Assembly: GCA_051362555.1 (NCBI GenBank)
Contig: CM120645.1
Span: forward strand, 16,864,001-16,928,000
Origin: Lingula anatina
Taxonomy: Eukaryota > Animalia > Brachiopoda
Direction: 5' to 3'
Length of the DNA stretch: 64,000 nt
Positions 44,511 through 58,525 of the stretch are shown here, one piece after another (position 1 is the stretch's first letter; every line of letters begins with the position of its first letter). Position numbers and translations under genes: made by a program. The notes under the pieces are model-generated. The model saw only the letters and a program-made list of their open reading frames with translations. It ran no database searches and was not told the origin of the DNA.

Positions 44511-46144
44511 TAACAACAAAAACATATAAACAGCAATAATGAAGCTGCCTTAAATAGTATGTTGGAACAAGCATTGAAAGAAAATGTTTTTAAATGCTGA
44601 AGAAGCTAAAGATTAATTCAGAATTACAATTGGAGTGAAGTTAGAATTATCAGTGTTGAAGAGATTAATTTATTTTATTGAATCTTTTGATTGACGTTTG
44701 AATTGAACACTTCTAAACTAAAATATTTCAATTCATTTCATTTTAGAACTACACCATGCTCAGTGGTATACTACCCTTGGATGTAAAGCACATTGATTAT
44801 CAATATAATACAGCGTAAGATTAATTAATGATGAGATAATCTTTCAATACATGTGTACTTAGTCCTGCATAATTATTAAGCAGTTAAGTTATTGTTAGAG
44901 GCAACCTAGCAACAGTTGCTACTTACTTATAACATAATTCTTGCCTCACCGTGGCTGGAAATGTTAATACTTTTATGGCACCTCTATAAAAATGAGAGTA
45001 AATGAAAAGATTAGCTTTTCTTTACTGTAAAAAAAATATTTACTTAGCTGAAAAACACATCCTGCACTTCTATACACTGTTCGTAACTTTCATACTACTT
45101 AAGTATGTCAAAGGATCGAGTGAAACAACAGCAATTTCATGCATTATATTCTGAGTGAAGTTCTTAAATAGAGGATAATAATACACTGGTAATTGCTAAA
45201 AACAGGGCAGTCTTCCAATTTTCTATGGCATGATCATTTAATGCCTTGATTATACAATACTGAATGCTGAGCATAAATAAGCAGTCCATAACTGAGACTT
45301 AATTCTGTTTTCTCCTGCAAAATCAATTCCTCCATTTCCTGTTAGAGTTCAGCTTTTCTCGGTTGCATTGAATTAACCTAGACTCTGTGCTTTGAAAATT
45401 ACATTTTTCCAGAATTGACCTATTAATGTTAGATTACTTCAAAAAGTTGTATAATTACATGGTTTTAATGTAAAGAGACTGACATGAAACTGGACTTTCC
45501 AAAAACTTACATGAGCACCTACAGTAAACATGGAATGTTTTAGAATTTTGTTCTTGATAATGACTTGGATTTCAAGAATCCTTGAATTATGAGCCCTTGT
45601 GATTTGAATGTCAGTGAACTTTTTTTACCTGACACGTGGAATACCCAGTACAGATATATTAAAATTGTAAACCTAAGTAATCTATATGGTGAATAATTCT
45701 CCTTATTTTGAATTGGTCTTTATCTGTTAATCTAGACGCAGTGTCCCCTGAGAATCATGTCCCTTTCAAAATTACAGAGAAATAACCATTCAATAAATTT
45801 CTGTTTGATCTCTTTGTGCATTAACAATCTTTTTTCACAGACTGGCTGGAATAATACCCTTTCTTCTGCCGTATTGCAGTATCCGGTTATTTCATTGAAT
45901 AATTGAACCTAAGCAGTGAACCTGTGATACAGAAGACCCTGCATAACTCAAGACATTGAGGACTGGAAAATTTGTTTAAATTACACCAAAGTTATCCCAA
46001 TTTCATAATTTCAAGCCAAAGAGAAAAAAATGCTTTCTACAAAATTTCTTACAATAAAACCACAATTTGATTTATAAGGAGAAGAGTTATATGTGAAGTG
46101 TACTGAACCCCATTTAAAAAAAAAATGACTAAAGCAGGGTGTTT

Positions 46145-49091
46145 TCACTGCACCACCATTGTTGCACCTGGAAGAGACACCTGTGTGGAAGCTGGAGTGC
46201 AGGTAGCTGGAGGATATGTCGCTGTGGCTTGAGGAATCCGCCTGGTTGTAGTGGGGGCTACATTCCAGCTCATACATGAGGCCACAGTCTCCCTAGCTTT
46301 TGCAGTGTGTGGTCTTAACTGTCTCTGTCCTGTTGTAAGTAAAATTTGGTTATTCATTGCACACAATGTATCTCTGTTAGGGTTGTCCTTGCCATGGGCA
46401 TAACGATATGTTGTAGTGGCTTTAAAGTCAGGATCAAAAGAGGATTTGGGTCTTTTTATGAAAAGCTGCTCCCTTGCATTGGCATGGACATTGTAATTGA
46501 GTTTATAAGTGGACACGTGTGGCTCTGAGCGATCTAGCTCTTTCTTGTGTGGCATCCATGTGATCAGATCTGGTTTGAATGTGCTCACGTATGGGGTTTT
46601 AACACGGCGTCTGCCAAGACCCTGAAATAAGAAAAATATATTAAATCTCATTGGTGATGCAACTTTAAAAATATAAAAGTTATGTCTGAGAGGATTCCGC
46701 CAACACATTTGCCCATCATAAAACGGGTAACAGTAGACTTTATGTGGCTCTGATGCCTGCCAGAGGCTGAATATTGGTATTTATACCCATATGTATGTAA
46801 TTCATTTATCGTGCTATACTTTCAAATAATGGCTGTATAATTGATTATATTGTCATTTTTATTGTTTTAATTTTGTACTTTGAAAAGGTCATCTTGGCAG
46901 CAGGAATTCTAAAATTTCTGTGTGTAAGCCTGCATTGCATCATAAATAAGCAATGTTTTGGTGAAGTTAAAAGAAAATGTTGAACAAAGATATGCCTTTA
47001 ATGGATATAGGTCTATTTTATAATTTCCTTTCTCTGATAAAATAAAATGTGCCTGACTAATCCACTACCACTAATTAAATTTCTTGTATTTGTGCACTGT
47101 GTGTGTGTTGCCAAGTATATCATTTCAGTTGAAAAAAATTGTTTTTTTCACAAACCAGTACAAATAATGGAGTCGATAAGAGCTCAGCTGTAATCGAAAA
47201 GGAATTTGCTTTGTCTGTATATGTGCTGCTTCTGTGTACCTACATACATTTTAAGCACAATGTTGGTGCAATCCTTTGTGCCTACAAAATTGTAAATACT
47301 CAGAGGTGAAGGGGTAACCTTACTCTTCACAAAAACATCAAACACAGGGGATATCATTTGTTAATCCTGAACTGATTTGTTTGCTATGAATACTTTTATT
47401 AAAAGAGAAAATACAAAAGGCTTAATAATGGCCTGCTTTTTTGTGCCTTGAACAATAATACAGTATCTGCATTGCACTGAGTCAGACCAGACTTGTTAGG
47501 AAAAATCTGTACTGCATGAAGTCAACCACTTTCATAACCAAAGAAATTATTATGCTTTACTTGAAAAGCTGTTCTGGTGTATTTTAAGCACAATGATATC
47601 TTTTCCTAATCTAATACTAAATGCTACGAAACCCTAGTAGTATATGAAGAAATACTATTTTTTATCTCCAAAATAAAATAATGTGGATCTTATTCTAGTA
47701 TTTTTGTACTCAGAAGTTGATGAGGCTCATATAGTAACTGTTAAAAATTGATAGCTAACCAATGATTATCTGTGTATTAAAATCATTATAAAAGGAGGGA
47801 GAAAGAATAATGATCTATGTTACTTCAGAAGAAATGTACTTCTTTGTTAATTATGACAAGTATTCGACATCTTTGCACTTTTAAGCGTTTGTTTTTATTA
47901 AAATAAACTCAAAGGTTTTAACTTGAAGGCCTTAATAAGAAGTGAAATGGAGAACCCAAGCTACAGCTCAGGAGGTCCGCTACTTTTGAGGTCAAAATAT
48001 TATAAAATAAGAGTGTTGGAGCACTGACTATGTTCTCAGGCTATACAGCAACTTACCTGTTCAAAATATAAAGCATCATTTAGGAAAGCTTCTCTGTTGT
48101 CGTGATGAGAAAACACATGCCTTGCCACATTTTCCTGGAACAAAAAAATTGATAGAAAATAATGATGAATTTAATTGAAATTTATCCCTTACTGTGCTGA
48201 AAGTGACTTTGGATAATTCTGCTTAATTGTTGAAAATGCAACCAGCTTTCAGTGTGTTGACCAGTACCAAATATGAAGTGATATAATTCTTGATTCTTAT
48301 AATAAATAAATAAATAAAACAAACTTTTACACGATTTTAAATATTTTTTAGTCAGTTATGTTTTCATATAATATACTTTGTGGTAAAATGGTAATGAAAA
48401 TAATACAAGGATTAATGATTGACTGCAACCTTAACTAATGACATTGTATTGGTCCATACAAGTCCATTACAGGAACACATACTGTACGTAGGAATTTCAT
48501 CAGGGTGAGGGTTGTTTGGAATGTGATACTGGGTACTTTATTATAAGAAATAAAAACATTTGTGCAAATCATAATTTAGATTTTGTATGAGGTCCTGTAA
48601 GATGCCAAATGGGCATTTTGGGCCTCAATATAAAATAATAACAAGTAATCTGTTAAGACTTACCCCTGAGCGCTTTATGAACTTCTTCGGTGGTGACGGT
48701 TTTGCCAAATAACGGAATTCATTTATATAATCGTTCCTAGATTTACTGCGAAAATGCCCATAGTAGCCAGTAGGAAACTGCAAAAGATCAGTAAAGATAC
48801 TGATTTACTACTGCCAGTGATAGTTTTTAATTCAAAACTTACATCAAACAATATATAATAAAGCAAGGATATTACTTTCATTGACACTGTAGTGAGGGGA
48901 TAAACTTTAACATTATTTCATAATACAAAATGAATGTGGTAAGTGGATATTAAGCAGCATAGTTCAATCTTATCGTAGGAATCAATTCTCTTAGATAAAA
49001 CAAAGATCTGCCAGCAAACGTATCACAAATTTCACTGTATCGCAAACTTGGTACTTACCCATGTTCCCTCAATTAGTTTCAAATTTGCCAT
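46145..49091 (-). CDS. CIMIP7: C3orf84/CIMIP7-like ciliary microtubule inner protein; exons 49059-49091, 48664-48777, 48057-48134, 46145-46621
   Basis: MANLKLIEGTW|FPTGYYGHFRSKSRNDYINEFRYLAKPSPPKKFIKRSG|ENVARHVFSHHDNREAF..EQ|GLGRRR..VASCMSW. Matches recalled human C3orf84 motifs (GFYGHYRS, AKPQPP, RHFFSKHDNR, QGIGRR, VSECLNW). Confidence 0.8.
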
Positions 49092-49779
49092 AATTCTCTA
49101 AATATCCTATCGAAGATACATGTTCTATAAAAACGAAATACAAACTAGTCAACACATGGACCTGGCATAACAATTGAAAGTCATGGATCTCTAGGTGAAA
49201 TATAGCTTCAATTCATCGGCTATACAGGTGGATTGTTTACCGTATCCAACCACTTCAATCACCTGTTTACACGGAAGTGAAAATACACGCTTACAGGGGT
49301 CATAGGTCAGAGGTCAGGCACATAGTGACAAGGAAATACACGAGCGTGCGGAACGCAATCTTTCATCATATTTTTAGACTACGTTGAATATTAATCAAAT
49401 TCATAATTTATGAAATGAATATATTTATTTATACGAATTCGATAAATACCGTACGCTATATAATTCATATGCTTGTTATTTTTTTTTTTTTATTCTTGAT
49501 ATATGACATTCTTTATTTTTTTAGCACATCGTTCGTCTGCTTGACACAGTGGTGACTGACACCTAAGTCTTGTGTCAAACAGCACATATTTTAAATTTCT
49601 GCTTCATTTGGTGACTATCTTTTCACCATATCTGGTATTTGTATGGATTAATTCGTGCGACTTTTTACATTGTATAGGCCGAAAAGTTGCTATTATTTAA
49701 ACGGATTTACGAATATTTTTAATTCCAAGTCATGTGAACGACAATCGGGATTTTTACAAATTTTAAAAGTTAAAAGGTC
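49092..49779. promoter_or_regulatory. Divergent promoter region between CIMIP7-like and IHO1-like
   Basis: Head-to-head ATGs about 690 bp apart, CpG-richer than the flanking gene bodies, ETS motif ACGGAAGTG near 49271. Confidence 0.55.
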
Positions 49780-52700
49780 ATGTTTAGTTCTGCAAATCAA
49801 GCCAGCACGAAGGATCTGTACGTGACAAATCCAGGGTAAGTTAGTATTTAAGAATTTGCTCTGCATAACAAAGTTTTGAAAATTAGATAAACATAAGTGA
49901 AAGCGCTTAATTTTTACTTTAATTGAAAATATATGATCATTTTAACTTTGCGTCCACTTCCCGTGTTTCCCTCTCTTTTAATTTCTTCTAAACTTTTCAT
50001 ATCTTTATTAAGCAAGAAATTATTATAAAGTAAGAAATTATTATTATAAAGCAAGAAAAATGGTAAATGATGGCCTGTTGTCTCTTTACTTGATCAATCA
50101 TTATGCTCTGCAACCAGTGTTTGCCACTAAGGAAAATTAGTCGCTGGACTGAAGGTCCAGCCATCATGAAAAATAGCTGGACTGAATGTCTGCCGGGTGG
50201 GAAAACTTCTTGGCCCGTTCTGAAAGTTGTCTGCCCCTGGCAGACGGTCCAGCCTTAATTTCTAACACTGTCTGCAACTGTGTTATTTGATAATGATAGA
50301 AACAGTAGTGAAACACTGGTTAAACATGATTTAGAATGGAAAAATGCAGTAGAATTGCCAGTATATACTACTTTACTTAATATTTAAGCATAACAAATCT
50401 TCAATGTATTTGTAGACTGAAACATACATGACTTAATATTTCTGATATTATTGTAAGTTTTTACATATACCTTCATATTAATCATATTTATTTTTTTAAA
50501 TTTCATTTATTTCATTGTGTATTATTATTATTTTTTATTTTTAAATGTGTCAAGTGCCTCTTAGTCAACAGATTGATACCATTGCATCTATTTTCAGTCA
50601 ACTTCTTGGCAACAGATATGACTGCAATAATGATTCGGCTTTTAGTTCAAGTAGTAATTCTCAATACCTGTACTCTCAGAGAAGTGGATCACAGGAATAT
50701 TCCCAGCAATTTGTCCCACAAGGAAGTGAGGTACTAGCTTGTGGTACATCAGTTCAATATGAAAAATATTTCAACAGTCACTATAGCCTAACATACTCCT
50801 GTGATGTTAACATGTTTTTAAAAGTTATGATTTTATAATGTAGGCCCTATAGGTTTTATGACAAAAGTAATTATTGTTCATCAGTTTTATCTTTATTTTC
50901 TTTTCAGTCTCCTGGGTCAAATTTTTATCAGAAGTATAAAGCTATGAGCCCTCTGTTCAGTAATGAAAACAATCCATACAGAAGCAGTGCACAAGCTCCA
51001 GGGAAGATAAACTACCAGCAGCAGTTGCAAATTAACAAGGCAAAGGCCAGAGACAGAGATGAAAGGTTGGTCAAAATAAAACATATGGAATAAATGTCAA
51101 AAATTATATAATCAGCGTAACAAAAATATCTTGTAACAAAATTTAAGAGAAACTGTTTAGATAGTTTTTTATTTTTACAGAGACCTGTTGGATTCTATCG
51201 TAACAACAGTCAGAGAATGCACTCAAGAAGTAAGTTAAAATCGATCTATGAAAATGTAAGAAAGTTTGCCAGCACGTTCATAATAATAATGTCTGATATT
51301 ACACAAATTTAATATTCATGTAAAAAAATTAAGAATTTTAAATTGTGTCACAAAAGAAGAAGTAATTAACAACCATTTTTCTTCAGGTTACTGGAACAGT
51401 AGCTTCCATGAAAAAGGACATCCACAAAGGCATCAGAACAAATGATGAAAAGGTGACAGATATGTTAGAAAAAAGTGAGCATAATGAGAATAAAATGATA
51501 ATATTTTTAATGTGTCAATCTGATGTATAAAACCATGAGGGGAGTTGATTTATAGAAATAACATAGTATAATCCAAAATATGTAAATATTTAGAAATTTG
51601 AAAGAAAGGTATATAATCTTCCTATTTATTTAACACAAATGAAACTTTATTAGCCATGAAGTAATATTACACTACAAATTTTTGTGACTGAATCCCTGAT
51701 AGCACACATTTGAAATATCTTTAACAAAAAATATTATTTTTTATTAGTCAAAACAGATATGAACAAGAACTACGAAAAACTACTGAAAGTGCTGGAAGAA
51801 AGAGAACAAGACAAGGAAAAACTGAAGGACATGGAAAAGAGTCTCACTGCTGTACATATTTTAAAGCATTAGCAGTCTGTTATAGTTCTGAAAAATTAAA
51901 GTTTGTGGTATATAGAATGGCATTTCAGTAATTATATTTTCTTTGTGTTTTTTCTTTACCTCAGTAGTTACTCACAGCTGCTTTCAGTGGTAACTATAAT
52001 TATCAGCCACAATAATAAATTTATTGTAAATATGACACAGTCAAAAAGGTCTATTTGCCACATTTCATGATAATATTTTGTATTATAGAAAGATGCAATG
52101 ATCTCACAATTGCAAAATGACCTAGAAAAACTGAGACTACAGAAGGAGGAAAAAATTGTTGCCTCTTTAAAACAGACATATGCTGAGCAGCAAGAATTAA
52201 ACAGACAGCAGATACATCAGCTACATCAGGCACAAGTACAGCATATTGAGGAACAGACTAAAAGACGGAAGTAATGAAAAAAAAAAATATATATATATAT
52301 ATTGTGGTACTCGTTGCTTATAGTGCCAACGTTATTAAATTTATGAGCTGAAGCAGTAGGCAATTAGTGAGTAATAAAATCAGTTTTTAATGTACTGATA
52401 TTGGATTGGTGTAGATTAAACTTGGAATGAAGACTCATGATATAAAAAAGGACATGAATTGTTATGGTAATCAGTATCACATTTTTTTAAATAGCAGAAA
52501 TGTAACTTTTCTTGTTGACAGGGATCAAACTGAAGGACAAGAAAAGCAGCACCAGCAGCTTAGGAGTGAGAGCAGAAAACAAATCAAAGAATTGGAACAC
52601 AAGTAAAAAATAACTTCATCTGTATCAAGTGATAAATATTCAATATTCAAAAAATAAATATTCAATTTTTTGGATATGTGAAATAAAAAATTTACTTTGT

Positions 52701-55700
52701 AACATATTTGAAATTATAACAGTTTACACTGTAAAAACAAATTTGGTGAAATTTTAAGGTCATTATTTATTATTATTATTATTATTATTATTTTGTCTTT
52801 CCTCCCTCTTTAAATAAGGTCTGATTGAACTTGGCTGTCACTAAATGTTAAATCTTCCATTATCTCTGATTACCTGTAATGGCATTTAATAATTAGTGCC
52901 CATATATAAGTAGTCAAAAATGTCATGATTATTCCAGCTGCATGCCATCCACACAAAACACCCATTGGAAGCAGATAAAATACCAAACAGATTGCTATAG
53001 TATATAATATGTATATTAAAATCAGTTTTCAGCTTTGTGTATAAAAGTAAATACAGAAATGTAAATAAAATAGTTTCGGCTTACCCTTACAGAGTCACTC
53101 AAGAGCTAGATTCACAGCAAAAGCAGCTGGAGCATCACATGAGAGAGATCACAGAATCCTACTGCCAATTACTGGAGCACAAACATGAACAGCAGAAACA
53201 AGATTTGGAAAAGTGGTTGGTGCAACAGATGCAAGGAAAAACACAAAAAGGTTTTGTATTACAGGAAGATTCATTCATATTTTTTTCTAAAAATACACAA
53301 ACACACTCAAAGACAACTTACAGTCATTCTTATTAACTCAATTCTTCCAAATAAATATATTATGTTTATAGTTATCAGCTAGTTTAATAGAATTGCTTTC
53401 CTTTTGGATTTTGGAAAATATACATGATTTTTCTTGAACTTAAACTACTTAATTGTTTTGATATCAAAAGTATTGGAAATGCGAATTAACATTTTGCTCC
53501 AATAAAATTGTTTATGGTTTGTGATATTCATAAGGAAAAAAACTTTAGGAATGGATTGGTTTTTGATACGGGCTTAATAGCTTACATTTCATGTGAGTTA
53601 TTCAGCACTTAATTTACACTCAAGTAGACACGGCTTTCCAAAGACAGCAAGAGCAGAAACTGATTGAACTCCAAAACCAGCAGAGATTGGAAGTCCAGTC
53701 ATACATTCAGGAGCAAATAAGGCAGATGAACTTGGACAAGGAGAGACAATATACAGAACAAATGAATCAAGTCCATCATCTCCAAGAAAGAGATAAAAAC
53801 AGCTTGCAAGAAAAGGTACCTTTGTTTAACCATCTCATAAAATGCAGTAGTTGTTATTATGGTAGTTGTTTAATGTTAGTTTAAGTTTGACTCATCTTTT
53901 ATTTAGCATGATTATATTCTTTAGTACATTCATTTTTTTGTACCAAAGACCAATTTAATTGTGCAGAGCAGAGCATTGTTCTGAAAATATGTATTTGTTA
54001 AAAAACAAAACAAACCCTATTCTCTCTAGCTAAATCAACATCTCTTACAACATAAGCAAGAACAACAACTACAATATCAGTGGTATGAGAAAAAGCTCCA
54101 AGACATGCAGATGAAACATAAGGAAGAAATAAGAAGACTTGAACAAAATATGCATGATCAAGTCAGTAAATCAGGTAGGGGTGAAGGTGTAGACTAGCAA
54201 TTATATTTTAACAGTTAAGATATCTACATAGGAAGTTCTAAACAAGTTTCAAGTGTAATAAATATAAAATTACAAAGTCAACTTATCCAAGAGCACTATC
54301 CTATTGACCAGATAAAAATGTGCATTAACCTTGTTAAATGTATTTTTTTTATAAACAGTAAACATGTTTTCTTCATTGTGTTACAGTTGTGGACGATAGA
54401 AAATTAGACCATGGACAAACAAGTAGCTTGTCCACTCTGCTTCAGAAACCTGTCCACACATCTACAGGGCAGCTTGTAACACGTCGGAAAGATGTTATAG
54501 CGTCAAGTCTTGAAGATACATGTCATCCAACAGATAACTACAACATTGGCTCATATAACATTAGACAACATGACAGTGTCTTATTCTCAAAAGAACAAGT
54601 GATGTATAACAGCAGACCTCCAACAATGCAGTCTACAAGAACAACAATTGCTTCCCAGGATATTCCCACCATATTTCAGTCTCATGTCACAGTCCCTGTA
54701 ACAGCCAATGCAACAGTTTCCAGCATGAACCAGCAACAGAATCCACAGCCAGCACATGCAGTAGATGCCATGTCCAACAGCCATCAACAGTGTGCCATGC
54801 TACCAATGCAGGGAGCTGGAGCAGTATTTAGTGTACAAGGGCAGGCTGCACTAGTACCTCCCATGCAGGCACCAGGGATAGATACATTGTCCTCATCATC
54901 AAGTACAACCACACTCTGGCCTCAACAACATCAGTCCACATTTGTATCTCCAATGCCACAAGGTAGAGGCACCACAATGATAGGCCCCTTTAGAAGGAAT
55001 AGCACATTTTCTCCAGTGGCCACAGTGCTTCCTCAGAGGCAGTCAGGTTTCACAGGAAAACATGGTGAAGAATACAACATCACAAGCAAAACCAGTTCAG
55101 CAGTTCAGAGCTTTAATAACAGTGCTATGGGCCAACACAGCACTGTGAATGTGTCAGAGGAACAGGACAAATTAGAAAACCCCCAAAATAGGAAATCATT
55201 GGCACCTAGGAGTCCCAAACACAGAAAAGCTAAAGGCAAGGGTAAAAAGCCTGTAAAGCAGCCTAGCAATCAACAGAAGAAGAGGTCGGAACTTGACATC
55301 ATAAAGGAAAATTCCCATTTGATTGTAGGCTCAAGACTCAGACAGAGAGGCATTACATCAAACTCCTTCCACAGTGAGGTAGTTCCTGACAAGGTGGTCA
55401 ATTCCACAGATAAGCAACAAGAGGTTTCCATGGACCAAACAAGTGACAGAAAACAAAAGAAATCTAAGTATCAACAAAATTACAACACAGCTTTATCTGA
55501 AAGAAACTTGAGAGACAACAAGTCTATCAATGTAAACCAAGAGTTGCATAATGTAAATGACAAAGATGCAGTGAACACCCTTGCAAAGAAAAATGGTATG
55601 CAATATGAGAAAACTGGTGCTCCAGACAAATCCTCACACAGAGAAGAAACCCAGTCTACAAAGAAGTTGTTTGTCAATACTAATGGAAACGTCGACAAAA

Positions 55701-57334
55701 GATCCTTGTAAGTTAAATAAAAATAATTTTTTGCAGACGTATAATAACATTGTTTTCAATTTTCATACTGCCTGTCACACTGAATACCACATATTAACCA
55801 AATAAAAAAAATTATATTTTTCAGACTGGCTGCAAATGTGAAAAAAACAGTTCAAAATGTTAAAGATGTCTATGACTTTGCTGATGAGCAGGTTAGATGT
55901 ATATTGCTATTAGCACATAATCCTGCCAATTAAACTGTCGAGTCTACACAATGTTTGAAACAAGTTTTAAAAACTTCTCATTTTAAACATTTTCAAAGTT
56001 TTCTTTTTATATTCCCAAAATGCTGGTTTCATAGTAAAGCAATACTGTCAAAAATGCATGTACTAGATTTTACTATTTATTCTGTATCTTTAGTGGTGGC
56101 ATTATGAATTTAAATGCCATCTAAATACTTATATTTTTTAATACAATACTGAGGGCATTTCTCTTATTCAACAGGGCTGTAACAGCACTGAGTCCTCTCC
56201 AGGCATCTTGTGTGTCATACCAGCCCTTCAGGGGGGGTTACCTAGGGTGAAGACTGAGAAGATGACACCTCACAAGAAGATAGAATGTGAAAACATTGAA
56301 AAAGGTGTGTTCTAAGATCTCACACCATTTGTGCAGATTGAGTGTAATTTGTTCATATTATTATTATTGGTACAAACTCTGTTAACTTAATTATTAATCT
56401 CCCCCATTTTTGGACATAGGAAATTAAATATGGATGAATTTGACTTATAAAATGTCCATGGTGTCTAAATGACTATTTACAGAATAACTGTATTGATGAT
56501 GAATAAGATGTTCTCGCTTACAGGATATCAAATTTTGGATTGTTTTGAAACTGACAGATTTGAAGAGGACAACTTTTTCAAAGTAAGATTTCAACAAATC
56601 ATAAATGCAAAGAAGTTAAAACTTGATACATTAGGCTCTGCCAAAATATTGCAGACCAAAACATTTTTCTGGGATATTATTGGTACATGATATTGGGGAC
56701 ATGCAGTCATCTTAGCTGCTTTCCTTTACACAGTGTGAACAACTACGGTACAAAAAATTAGATAACATTATTTTGAGAGAAAGTACCCATATATAGAAAA
56801 ATAATGCACACTTCAAAGGGGTGAGTGAAATTACTTCTGGTCTGTTTGGGTCGATTAATGCCCATATTTAATCAAAATTGTTAGGATCATCTGCAAAATT
56901 GTTGGTATTGACCCTGGAGCCATAACTGTATGAGTAGCAATTTTTTATACAGTTTACAAGATTATGCAAACCATATTTCTGTCAACTTGGCACATAATGT
57001 TTCAAAATCCTCTACATGGCACAATGTGGGGTATTTAGTACTGCTGAATTTACATATGAAGAAGTCCTCTTTTTGTTAATTCACTGTGCACATTCATTAC
57101 AAATAACTGGGCCCAGACTTGCATCATTAAGAAGATTTGAAATGAAATTGTTTCATTACAATGAAAACTGATTAATATTTTCAGATGGAAGCCAGTGTCC
57201 CACGTAAAAATATGTCAAAGAAGAGAAAGTTATGTGATGACTGGATGGATTCCAAGGTCATGGCCGTCAGACAACAGATCACCATGCACAGACAAGGGAC
57301 TCCTGCAGCAACACTGGGGTGGCAGGGAGAATGA
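49780..57334 (+). CDS. IHO1: IHO1/CCDC36-like meiotic coiled-coil protein; 16 exons (49780-49835, 50598-50730, 50908-51065, 51181-51229, 51387-51474, 51748-51851, 52089-52270, 52522-52602, 53093-53250, 53628-53815, 54030-54174, 54387-55707, 55825-55891, 56175-56304, 56524-56582, 57185-57334)
   Basis: Phase-consistent model. N-terminal SQ-rich segment; NFYQKYKAMSPLF and QQLQINKAKARDRDERDLLDSIVTTVREC resemble recalled IHO1 motifs (SIFTKYQTKPQLF; KKRAKDKCDSETLYNFVSNVRES). Long Q/E/K coiled coil, disordered C-terminal half. Adjacent to C3orf84 as in human. Confidence 0.68.
50115..50270. mobile_element. hAT-type MITE (156 bp) in IHO1-like intron 1
   Basis: TIR CAGTGTT...AACACTG and a perfect 8-bp TSD TCTGCAAC (50107-50114, 50271-50278). 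Confidence 0.85.
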
Positions 57335-58525
57335 CAGGGGGGATAGGACAGTGGGTAGTGCAGCGACATATTGTAGGGTGGAAGTAAAAATATTTAGCAC
57401 ACTTATCAGAGTAAAATTGACTAACAGGATTGGCAACTGTATAGTGTGTGGTCTAATTGATGCATAAAAGGCCCTTTTAATTGAACATTCACGAAGCTGT
57501 GCAAAAAAGTGCACTTATGAACAAGATCCATTATTGGATCGTGGAGAATATTTATAGGAGTTTTAAGTGTTAAATGTTTTATTAGTTCCCTTTTGTAGAA
57601 TATTGAATGTTGAACATGTGCTAGTTAAACATTGGTATAATTTTGTTAAAGTGGCATTTCTTTGAAATTTAGAATTTTGCCTGCGTCATTTGTTTCTCTT
57701 CCCATTTTGAGCATAGATGGACAATATTAAAAGTAACTGTTTTAAAATTGTTCAACCAAACTTATGGTTGCATTATTGCAGTAGCAACTGTTGATATAAA
57801 AATTTGCAAACTCTTATGCGATCACAAATTCTGTTGTTTATTTTCAGCTTTACACATTTTTTTAACAGTACAGAATCTATAAAGTAAATGCTGTAATCAT
57901 AATAACAGAATATCGTACATGATTATGGAGATTTTATCCAGTGTTTTCAGTAGAGTTTATACATATTGACTTAGTAAGCTCATTTTTAATTTTCCAGGGG
58001 ATCATCAAACAAAACAAATGCAATAACCATTATACAGTAATGCTTAAAAACAACTATTCAAATATTATACATGTTATTGTGTAATTAAAGAATCACAAAT
58101 GTCCTTCATGAACTTAAAGTAAATCCCATAAAAATGCATGTTGGCATTTTAACAGGATTAATCCTCAATGCTCTTATATCTTAAGTTGCCCACTTAATAT
58201 TTTCAAATTATTAAATGATTATACACAATACAGTGATATTTCAATTTACACAGTTCTCCAGTTTCATACATTCACCAGCTGACACTTTAGATATCCTATT
58301 ATTCTTCTTGATGCTGAAGAGTTAAGCATATGTCATGTTCTTTGTTACTGTGGACTTACTATTCTGTTTACAGTTAAGTAACTTCTCTTGGCAACCATCC
58401 CCAAGTTTGGGAATCTTGCCTGGTATTCATACAGATCGAAAATTATATGTTTATTATCTTTTTGGCTCAGGACATATTAAGGTATTTTAATAATTAAAAT
58501 TTTGATATTCTTTTGTCTATTAAGT

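Noticed and set aside
40653-44796. Novel 92-aa microprotein using an exon at 44747-44796
   Set aside because: Adding exons 42021-42105 and 42589-42710 gives a recognisable MRPL42 ending at 43127. The distal exon has no independent support.
56483-56523. Upstream acceptor for the penultimate IHO1-like exon
   Set aside because: Gives an immediate in-frame TAA; the acceptor at 56524 keeps the frame.
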